Shown here: in pieces, positions 8,190 to 17,500 of the stretch
How positions within the stretch are numbered: the first letter of the stretch is position 1
How the letters are laid out: the number at the start of each line of letters is the position of its first letter
From: a virus
Lineage: Duplodnaviria; Caudoviricetes
DNA: 30,099 nt
Strand: one strand, 5' to 3'
Virus record (IMG/VR): IMGVR_UViG_3300022178_001754
Location: 1-30,099 of that record
The notes under the pieces: model-generated
What the model saw: only the letters and a program-made list of their open reading frames with translations
Databases searched by the model: none
What the model was told of the DNA's origin: nothing
Position numbers and translations under genes: made by a program

Positions 8190-9956
8190 ATGGCTAATAT
8201 ATCACCAGTAACAGACTTAGACTTCTTTGCCACTAAAGAAGCCCTTAAGACGTTCCTAAAGAACCAAGACAGGTTCAAGGATTACGACTACGAGGGGTCG
8301 AACATGAATGTCCTATTGGACGTTCTATCATACAACACATTCTATAATAACTACTATTATAACATGGCAGTGTCTGAGATGTTTCTTGATAGTGCCTCAC
8401 AGCGTAATAGTGTCATTAGTCACGCCAAAGAGCTTAACTATATGCCACGGAGCAGACGGTCATCCGCCGTCACGTGTGATATTACCTTCACTGCGGCTGC
8501 TGATTATGGGTCTAACTTCATAGCCATACCTGCTAACTCATCGTTTACTGGACATTGTGGCAATAAGACCTACATCTTTTTAAACGAGAAGGCATACGTT
8601 GCTGCACGAAGCTCAACATCACCAACGTCCTTTGTAGCAAGCTCGGTTGAGTTGTTTGAAGGTCGATACATAACCGAAGTGTTATCCGTTGCTGATACCA
8701 CCATATCCAACTCTTGGATAGACACCCGTAGTATCACCATGACTGTTAATGGCGTTGCATTCACTTATAAGAGTGAGATATTTGGTGTGGGATCGGTCGA
8801 TAAAGTATTCTATCTCCAACCCGAGAATGATGGTCGATACAGCGTACAATTTGGTCAAAATCGATTCGGATTTCAGCCTACGATCACAGATTCGATCTCG
8901 GTGTCGTATAGACTGTGTACAGGCCCGGAAGCGAATGGCGTTAATAGTCTGTCACTGCCATCATCATTCGGTGGAGCAAGTTCTAACATAATCGCAGTAT
9001 CTGGTCAGTCTGCCGGTGGATTCTATGGCGAGGGCATTGAGTCTATTCGTACGTTTGCACCGAAGGCGCTTCAAGTACAAGAGCGAGCTATCACTAAGCG
9101 TGACTACGAGACTCTGTTACGAGCAAGATTTCCGAACATCCAAGCAATCTCTGTGTACGGCGGTGATGAAGTTGATCCTCCTAAGTACGGCAAGGTCATC
9201 ATCTCCATCGATGTTGCTGGTGGCCAAGGCGCTGCCGAATATGAGGTAGCTAACTTTAAAAACTACCTAAAAGACAAGACTCCTTTGACGATTGATCCGA
9301 TCTTCGTTGCAGCTAAGTTCTTGTTTGTCGACACAGTAATCAATGTCAAGTATGATGCTAACCTTACTTCTAAGTCAGCAGCGCAGATCAAAAACGAAGT
9401 GTATTCTGCCGTTCTCACCTATCAGACTACATACTTAAACGATTTCAATAAGACACTCCGCCAATCTCGATTAGCGGCAACCCTTGATTCGGTAGATGGA
9501 TCTATCATAAGTACTGATATCGTTGCTAAACCAATTATCGAATATATTCCTGTACTTAACATAGCAAGTAGTCCGTCGTTCTCATTTGAGGATGCACTTG
9601 TTAAGCCATATGCATTTGATGCTATCACTGGTTTCGATTCATTCAATCCAGCTGTAAGTACAACCAAGTTCACTTATGATGGCGCACTCGTTACCATGCA
9701 AGACGATGGGTTGGGCAGCTTCATGCTCGTCACGGCAGGAACGGATGTAGCACGAGTGTTTAAGTACGGCGTTGGTACGGTAAACTATACGACTGGTGCT
9801 ATCAAGCTATCGAACATCACCGTTGATGACTTCGAAGGCGCAGCAATCAAGTTCACAGCTTCTACTGTAAACAAAGACGTTAAGACTCCAAAGGATAGAA
9901 TAATATCTATTCGTGGCGAAGACATTACAATCAACGTAACACCATTGGCGACATAA
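8190..9956 (+). CDS. gp6: Baseplate wedge subunit (gp6-like)
   Basis: LDF...K..LK.FLK.Q..FKDYDYEGS..NVLLDVLSYNT.YN, EMFLDSA.QR.SV.SHAKEL.Y.P, Q.RA.T..DY and GG....PP.YGKV motifs. Confidence 0.96.
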   Translation: MANISPVTDLDFFATKEALKTFLKNQDRFKDYDYEGSNMNVLLDVLSYNTFYNNYYYNMAVSEMFLDSASQRNSVISHAKELNYMPRSRRSSAVTCDITFTAAADYGSNFIAIPANSSFTGHCGNKTYIFLNEKAYVAARSSTSPTSFVASSVELFEGRYITEVLSVADTTISNSWIDTRSITMTVNGVAFTYKSEIFGVGSVDKVFYLQPENDGRYSVQFGQNRFGFQPTITDSISVSYRLCTGPEANGVNSLSLPSSFGGASSNIIAVSGQSAGGFYGEGIESIRTFAPKALQVQERAITKRDYETLLRARFPNIQAISVYGGDEVDPPKYGKVIISIDVAGGQGAAEYEVANFKNYLKDKTPLTIDPIFVAAKFLFVDTVINVKYDANLTSKSAAQIKNEVYSAVLTYQTTYLNDFNKTLRQSRLAATLDSVDGSIISTDIVAKPIIEYIPVLNIASSPSFSFEDALVKPYAFDAITGFDSFNPAVSTTKFTYDGALVTMQDDGLGSFMLVTAGTDVARVFKYGVGTVNYTTGAIKLSNITVDDFEGAAIKFTASTVNKDVKTPKDRIISIRGEDITINVTPLAT

Positions 9957-9957
9957 A

Positions 9958-12468
9958 ATGAGTTTAGTAGTCCGAGATAGTATACACTCAGGAATCGACC
10001 AACAGTTCCCATCTGTCTACAGAGAAGATGGCGAGTTCATGGTCGAGTTTACAAAGGCATATTACAAGTTTGTCGACGAGCGCATGGATCGAAATATACC
10101 TAAGTTGCGGGACATCGACACTACGCTTTCATCCTTTCTAATATTCTTTAAGAAGAAGTATCTAGCAGATCTACCACTTGATACCGTGATTGATACACGC
10201 TTTATCATCAAGCACGTATCGGACTTGTATCGAAGAAAGGGTACTCAGGAATCACTTGAACTTCTCTTCCAATTGTTCTATAATGAGCAGATTGAAGTGT
10301 TCTATCCTAGCTCGAACATACTGCGTCCTTCGGATTCTGTTTGGGGTGGCGACATATTTCTCGAGATGCGACCAGTGTCCGTCGTTGACGACTATCCCAT
10401 TCAAAAGGGTGATCGAATTTCTGGTGATATATCATCTGCTGTAGCATTCGTGGATCAGGTCAACTTCGTAAACTTCTCGGGATCTCTTATTCCGCTAGTG
10501 TACGTGTCTAGCACAGTAGGTAAGTTCTCTTCGGATGACGGTTTGACTGTAGTTCGATCAGGAGTGACGATTATAGTAGGAAAGCTGATATCAGGATCGA
10601 TTAGTGATGTCACGGTTAGTCCAGAGTTTCGAGTGTCTGGTCAAGTATCTGGCGATAGACTTAAGCTTCTATCTACCAAGTTTGGCGTTGATGCTACAGG
10701 ATATGTACTATCGATATCTGATGCGCCGACTGGACAGATCACATTCAACATCGAAGACGGTGGATTTGGGTATGTTAACCCACTGTCTGCTTATGCATCA
10801 AACAGCATAGGCATCAGTAATCAAGTATTAGTTGTTGACCCAACGAGTGTGGTTAGTATTAAGGCAGGCGACATAATCTCCTGCGATGAGGCTGAAGTAG
10901 TATCAGCAAGTGGAAGTGTGTATGCATCGACACCGAGTCCAATCAATGGGACCGGGGTCGTAGTAGCTTTTGTTAAGCACCTGCTATACATTAGAACAAC
11001 AGATGATGTTACCCGAGCGTCTAGATTAAACGAGACTGTATCATCGGGAACCTATATCGGACAGTATGTGATACCAGTTGAGCTGTTAAGGACCATCGCT
11101 GGTGATGCTACGGATAATCATGGTTGGGGTATCATACTAACTACAATTTCGAACAATGGATTTGCTAACGGCGATATAACCAATAGCGGTGGATTAACTG
11201 CTCAAGATGCGACTGAGTTAGAGTCTTATATAAACGGGAGTCAGACTGATGTGAACTACATAAATCACATCGAGACACAACTTCTTCCCTCGTTGGGCAT
11301 CTATAAGCAGTTCACGTCATTCCCTGTCGCACCCGAAACGTCTGGCGGCGATGCAATTACCGATTCTACCACAACTATTAAAATTAACGACCTCGCCTCG
11401 GACACAATCACTGCCATTGCGGACTATAACGATACTGCAAATTTCGAAATTGCTGGTATCACAGAGATCGAGGATGTTACGCTAATTACAGATCAGATCG
11501 GTGACTATAGCAATATAGCACTCGATTCTACCGACTATGGTATGTCTGGTGCCGGGTCCGAAATAATAACTACCACGATAAATGATGCGTTCACTCCATT
11601 GTCCATACAGTTAGGTGCAATAGCATCACTTAAGATAACATCATCTGGCACGAACTATCAGAATAATGTGTTTATCGATGCGCTCCATGCCAACGTCTCC
11701 AAGTTCGATAAGAAAGATCTTATAATCAACTTCACCAATCCAAACTTCTTAATGCAAGTCGGCGACATTATCACCCAGGAAAGGGAGATCGAGAACTTGG
11801 TATTGGGTGACGGATCAATGATCGATTATACGGTTAAGGCTAGATTTCTTAAGCGAGTTGACAACGATTATTACTTTAGACAGATAAGCTTCTACGACTT
11901 TGATGAGGACATATCGATATTAATTGTAAACAACCCATATAACATAGCCAGTATTAGATATGACGTAGACTCACTGCCAATGGGCGCAAACGCATCGATA
12001 AGTGGTACTGCTAGCTATGAGATCGGTCAGATCGAGACCATAGCAACCATCAACAGTGGCTATAGATACACAGACGGCGAAGTCGTATCAATCGTTAACA
12101 TCGAGCCAAACAGTGCGTACTACAATCAGGTGGTGGCCAGTGCGACCATACGAACATTTGGTGCTGGTAGTACAGAGGGACGTTGGAAAACCACTACGTC
12201 CTTCTTAAGTGAAGCGAGTAAGCGGATTCACGATAACCATTATTATCAAGAATATTCGTATGAGGTGTCATCTATTATTGACCCGGCTAAGTACGAACCG
12301 TTGATCAGGGACACCATTGGCGTTGCTGGCACAAAAATCTTCAGTTCACCTTTGATAAATAGTAGTAATAATGTAAGCTCCAAGGTAGACATTGATTTCC
12401 AAATTTGGGATGGTGATGTACTCGATACAGAATATACGGCAAGCATAACCGCATCCATGGGGAATTAA
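9958..12468 (+). CDS. gp7: Baseplate wedge initiator (gp7-like)
   Basis: QFP..YRE.G...V.F.KAYY, RDID.T, LYRRKGT..S..LLF.L.Y and C-terminal FLS....IHD.HYYQEYSY motifs. Follows gp6. Confidence 0.75.
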   Translation: MSLVVRDSIHSGIDQQFPSVYREDGEFMVEFTKAYYKFVDERMDRNIPKLRDIDTTLSSFLIFFKKKYLADLPLDTVIDTRFIIKHVSDLYRRKGTQESLELLFQLFYNEQIEVFYPSSNILRPSDSVWGGDIFLEMRPVSVVDDYPIQKGDRISGDISSAVAFVDQVNFVNFSGSLIPLVYVSSTVGKFSSDDGLTVVRSGVTIIVGKLISGSISDVTVSPEFRVSGQVSGDRLKLLSTKFGVDATGYVLSISDAPTGQITFNIEDGGFGYVNPLSAYASNSIGISNQVLVVDPTSVVSIKAGDIISCDEAEVVSASGSVYASTPSPINGTGVVVAFVKHLLYIRTTDDVTRASRLNETVSSGTYIGQYVIPVELLRTIAGDATDNHGWGIILTTISNNGFANGDITNSGGLTAQDATELESYINGSQTDVNYINHIETQLLPSLGIYKQFTSFPVAPETSGGDAITDSTTTIKINDLASDTITAIADYNDTANFEIAGITEIEDVTLITDQIGDYSNIALDSTDYGMSGAGSEIITTTINDAFTPLSIQLGAIASLKITSSGTNYQNNVFIDALHANVSKFDKKDLIINFTNPNFLMQVGDIITQEREIENLVLGDGSMIDYTVKARFLKRVDNDYYFRQISFYDFDEDISILIVNNPYNIASIRYDVDSLPMGANASISGTASYEIGQIETIATINSGYRYTDGEVVSIVNIEPNSAYYNQVVASATIRTFGAGSTEGRWKTTTSFLSEASKRIHDNHYYQEYSYEVSSIIDPAKYEPLIRDTIGVAGTKIFSSPLINSSNNVSSKVDIDFQIWDGDVLDTEYTASITASMGN

Positions 12469-12505
12469 CGCATGTCTACTATAACACGGATAAACGGATA
12501 GACTA

Positions 12506-14482
12506 ATGGCAAAGATTATTACAGAGAACTTTAGAGTTGAAACTGCTAGCGAGTTGTTTAATTCACTTAAGAACGAAAACACTACGTTAAGCGATAATTT
12601 TCTAACACTACTTCAGTCATATAACACTGATAATACGCTAGGGCTTTCTTCTGCGAATACGACTGATATTCAAGATTTCGTCGATGCACAGCTAACGAGT
12701 CTGAGACCAGAATCGCACTACTACATCATGGCATCAAGTATTGATAAAGCCAATGTGATCTCGAATACTCAGATAGAAAAACGATTGTTTACCAATAGGG
12801 TTATCTTTGGAAATAGGATAACAGATAACGATGTTCGCTATATGTTCTATAAAAATAACTGGACATCTGGCATAGTATATGATGACTTTGATGATATGGA
12901 AGATGTCACCACATCGAATACGGTTGTAACCGTTCCTGATATTGAAGGCAACTATACAGTTTTTAAGTGTATAGAGAATAATTACGATAGCCCTTCTACG
13001 ATAACTCCAGTGTTTAGTGGTATCGTATCATCTTCGGACGAGTTTATCGTTACAGCAGACGGCTATGTGTGGAAGTATCTATTTTCCATCACGGCTTCTG
13101 ATGCCACTATCTATCAAACGTCGGACAGCTTACCTCTTCCTTATCCTGCATATGGAGACGTTGATGTAATTTCTGCTGCAAGAGAGACTGTTTCGCAGAT
13201 TATAATCGAATCTACGCCTATCAATCAGTTCAGTGCATATCTATTCGGTCCTAATGGTAGCAACACCAATGCGTCCGATGTTACAGTATTCTCTCAAGCT
13301 CAGAGTGGTACAACAAAGAACGTTGTTGTTGATATAACGCCAAAGGTTGGCTTTTCCTTATACTCGACAGATGATGCGTACGCTAATATGTATCTAAAGA
13401 TATCGGAGTCTGGAGAACTGTATAATGTTGTTGCATCTTCGTATGCTTCTGCTACACAGATCAGACTCACGATAACGACTGAGGTTGATATTCCACAGAA
13501 CACATTATGCCAGTTACTTCCTAAGATTATAGTCAGTGAGAGCACTCTTAGCGGATCTCCTTGTCTAGCTCACGGTATTCTTGATCAGTTCGGGACACTG
13601 GTTAGAATTGGTTTCAGATCAAAAGGCACCGAGTATAAGATAGCTAAAGCCCAAGTTGCTTACCCAAAAGGTCTTACTGCAACATCACCTACCGTTCTAC
13701 GGTGCGTTGTATCGCCAAGAGGTGGACATGGCTCTGAGCCAGTTCACGAGATGGCCATGAGTAGACTTGTGATCATCACAAACTTTTCGGGCGTCGAGGG
13801 TATTATACCTGACGCAAACTCGTACACTAAAGTCGGTCTAGTGAAGAATCCAGAATTTAGTGATGCTGTGTTCGTTGACTCATTCGATAACAGAGCTTCG
13901 ATGACCATAGCTGGGGATGTAACGGGTACTGCTTTAGCAGGACATGTTATTCAGCAGTATCTCAAAGATTCCTCTGTCACTACTTTGTACCCAGGCAACT
14001 CGTATGTAATAACGGATTTTGGTACAACTACACAGTCACTATGGAACATTGCTGCCGGTACGTCTGGGGTTGTTTATAAGCTAGGAGACGCATTCGTTGC
14101 AGTATCTGTGACATCTGGCACTGGTGTTGTGAGTCATTATAAATTTGCTCCTACAGCTGGCGATGTCATTGATGAAGGCGATGAGGTCATAACTGCTAAA
14201 ATACACCAAAGTGTGTATGATTCTGGTTTGAACTCGACCACAATCTATATGGTAGACTACGTGGGTGCATTTGAGAATAAGTTTCAAAATGGCACTATCT
14301 ACATCAGAACCAGCTTGACTGCCACTAGTGCTTATACATTGAGTATAAATAATGCTAGTACCGATGTAGTTTATGGAAAATACGTAGCCTATACCGGAGA
14401 TCTACTTCATTACATTGATTTTGATCCTATCACCAGACAAATAGATCGCAAAGAAAAGATAAAATTTATCTTTGACTTTTAA
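12506..14482 (+). CDS. gp8: Baseplate wedge subunit (gp8-like)
   Basis: IITENFR, NWTSG.VYD.FDD, VFKCI.NN....ST..P, DGYVWKYLF, SP.GGHG and C-terminal R...EKIK.I.DF motifs. Confidence 0.82.
   Translation: MAKIITENFRVETASELFNSLKNENTTLSDNFLTLLQSYNTDNTLGLSSANTTDIQDFVDAQLTSLRPESHYYIMASSIDKANVISNTQIEKRLFTNRVIFGNRITDNDVRYMFYKNNWTSGIVYDDFDDMEDVTTSNTVVTVPDIEGNYTVFKCIENNYDSPSTITPVFSGIVSSSDEFIVTADGYVWKYLFSITASDATIYQTSDSLPLPYPAYGDVDVISAARETVSQIIIESTPINQFSAYLFGPNGSNTNASDVTVFSQAQSGTTKNVVVDITPKVGFSLYSTDDAYANMYLKISESGELYNVVASSYASATQIRLTITTEVDIPQNTLCQLLPKIIVSESTLSGSPCLAHGILDQFGTLVRIGFRSKGTEYKIAKAQVAYPKGLTATSPTVLRCVVSPRGGHGSEPVHEMAMSRLVIITNFSGVEGIIPDANSYTKVGLVKNPEFSDAVFVDSFDNRASMTIAGDVTGTALAGHVIQQYLKDSSVTTLYPGNSYVITDFGTTTQSLWNIAAGTSGVVYKLGDAFVAVSVTSGTGVVSHYKFAPTAGDVIDEGDEVITAKIHQSVYDSGLNSTTIYMVDYVGAFENKFQNGTIYIRTSLTATSAYTLSINNASTDVVYGKYVAYTGDLLHYIDFDPITRQIDRKEKIKFIFDF
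14344..14351 (+). promoter_or_regulatory. Possible internal late promoter TATAAATA upstream of the 1788-aa gene
   Basis: Exact consensus inside the 3' end of gp8, about 155 nt before the ATG at 14507. Confidence 0.5.
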
Positions 14483-14506
14483 ACTGTTAAGGAAAGAGTA
14501 TAATAC

Positions 14507-17500
14507 ATGGGCATTAATACAGACTTAAACGTTGATCCGTACTATGATGACTTTAGCGAGGCAAAACAGTTTAACCGCATTCTGTTTAAGCCCGCCAAGG
14601 CAGTACAAGCACGAGAACTGACGCAATTGCAGACGATCCTCCAACAACAGGTAGAACGTTTTGGTGCGAACATCTATAAAGAAGGTACCATCATTAGTGG
14701 TATCAACCTTACTGCTCGTGACGATCTTTTCTTTGTAAAATTAAACGATCAAGCTGGATTTGTGAATCCAGCCGTCTATGATCAAGTGACTACAGTTGAA
14801 GGTGTTATAACCTCATATACGATCACTGGTCAGACTTCAGGTCTAGTCGCAGAAGTAGTCAAGGGTCAGAATGGCTTCCAAACTCAGAATCCTGATCTAA
14901 AAACATTCTACATCAAGTATTTGACCTCGACTCAAGACGGTGACAATGATGTTAAACAGTTTCAGTCAGGCGAGTCACTCGTTGTAACTGATTCATTAGG
15001 CGCACAAGTAATCACCGTTACGGCAGCGACTGTTGCTAGTCACGTTGGTCGATCCTTTGGCGTATCTTGTGAAGCTGGAGTTGTCTTCCAAAAAGGACAC
15101 TTCATATTCGTCGAGAAGCAGTTCATTATTGTATCAAAATACTCTAACATTCCGGGCACAGTGTCAGTTGGTTTTGCGGTAAAAGAGAACCTAATTACAT
15201 CGAATGGTGATTCTACGTTACTTGATAACGCATCTGGTTTCAACAACGAGAATGCTCCAGGCGCTGATAGACTTCAGTTGGTCCCAACACTCGTATCCTA
15301 CTCGACTGCAACAGAGCCAACAGAGTTCTTCGCACTCATTCGATATGTAGATGGCAGCCCAGTTCGTATTCGTGATCGTACCGAGTTCAATTCTATCAAC
15401 TCCGAACTCGCTCGTCGCACATACGAAGAATCTGGCAACTACGTAACTCGTGGACTTAATGTCACACTCGAGCAGACTGGTCTGGATGCATATGCTGTAG
15501 TATCTCCTGGTAAAGCGTACGTATTTGGTAACGAGATCGTTAACGTTTCAAGCAAGCGTCTATTGATCGATCCTACAACTCTTACGCAGACGAAGACTAA
15601 CCAGTTCACTGGCGTATCTTATGGTCAGTACTATACGTATGATCACACAACTGGTCAGGCATTGGATAACTTTGCAATTGACGGCAGCCGAGTGTCTATC
15701 TATAATGGCGCTACCGTAGTTGGAACATGCTCCATAGCAAACGTAATTCCCGGCAAACTCTTTGTATATGCAATCGATCGTGTTGCCGGACAAGAGAACG
15801 CTACACCAACTAAGATCTCTAATACTCCACTGACAAACACTGGTGTATTATACGGCGCTAACGGTGCAGGTAAGATCTTCGATGCAGGTAAATCAAGTCT
15901 ATCATCAATCTCTGCGGTATCATTCGTACAACGAAAGCGCATTGCCGTAGCATCTCCTTCAGCAACTTTGACTATATCGCCTACCTCTAACGAGCAGCCA
16001 TTGACATCAAACATATTCGCCGTAGACGCAGTAAATAATGTTATTGCATGTACAGCGACAGTATCCGCTGGTATAGTAACCATAACTCTCGAAGCTAGCG
16101 ACCCAGCATTCTTGTACTATGATGCGATCGTCACTAATACTCAGCAAGATGCACTGGAAGAGATTGACGTTTACGTGAAAGCAGTGTACGCTGACGGTAA
16201 AGTGACGACTGGTCTGCCTAACGTTGTACAGATTCTTGAGGTAGTAGATGACTTTGGAAGTGTTGATGCTATCGACGTTACCGGTAAGTTCAGACTTGTC
16301 ACGAATCAGAAAGATCATTTCTATGACATTTCTCACCTAACAGTGAAGACAGGCGAGACCCTCGAGAACTCAAATCTTCTGATGAAAGTTAAGGTTCTGC
16401 GCCGAACGTCTACCATTGGTAGTGGATATTTGACTGTAGACAGCTATAATAACGTAACATCTAAGACGCTGATTAAGTTGTATTATGGTAAAAATGGTGT
16501 TGAATATAACCTGTTGAACGCATATGACTTTAGACAGTACGTCACTCCGGTTGTTACATACTCAACAAGTTCAGCTGGTGCGCCGACGGCAACGGTGGTA
16601 TCTAAAACTATCATATCTGGTGTATCTCCATCAATCGATAGCAGCATATCATCAACTCAGTCATATTATATGGCCAGAATCGATAGCTTAGTGGTTGACG
16701 AGTTTGGGGTGTTCTCTATATACAAGGGTGGTGAGGCAGAAGCTCCAAGAAGACCTTCTATTGCTGGATTGTACGCAATCAACCACATACTAGTTCCTGG
16801 AGATCAGGCAAATAACTTAACGAAGATCTCTGGTAATAACTCTATACAGATTCAAGACGTTTCTAATAAGACGTATACGATGGATGACATCGGAAAAATT
16901 GAACGAAAGATTGATCGGCTCACTGATCTAGTGGCTCTTAACGTACTAGAGAAAGAAGCTAATGATATCTTCATTCCAGATGCATCAGGCATCAATCGAT
17001 TCAAGAATGGTATCCTGGTAGATGGATTCAAAGGACTCCAGATAGGTGATGTATCTGATCCTGCTTTTAAAGCTGGTGTAGATAAGTCTAGAACCGTTGC
17101 AACTCCTGCGGTAACGCAATACCAAGTTGATATGAAGATTGCGTCATCTGTTGGCGCTAACGTATTTCAAGATGTCGCAACTCTGGCCGATGTAGGAACA
17201 CGAGTAGCATCTATTCGTCAACCGTATGCCACTACCTTCAGAAACTGTGTATCTAGTTTCTATAGCTATCAAGGCAGATCAAACTTGCATCCTCCATTCG
17301 ATGCTGGTTACAATATGATCACGAACCCAGAAGTCGAGTTCGAAGTTGATTTTGCCGAATCTCTTCTGGATCTGGTCGATAACATCCAAGAGATGATGCC
17401 ACTCACTCGAGAAGATGTGGACACGTCCGAGTCTAACGGATTTGTTGGTATTGGATCTGGTCAGGCGCAGCGAGATTATATCACGTCTCATGCACAAACA

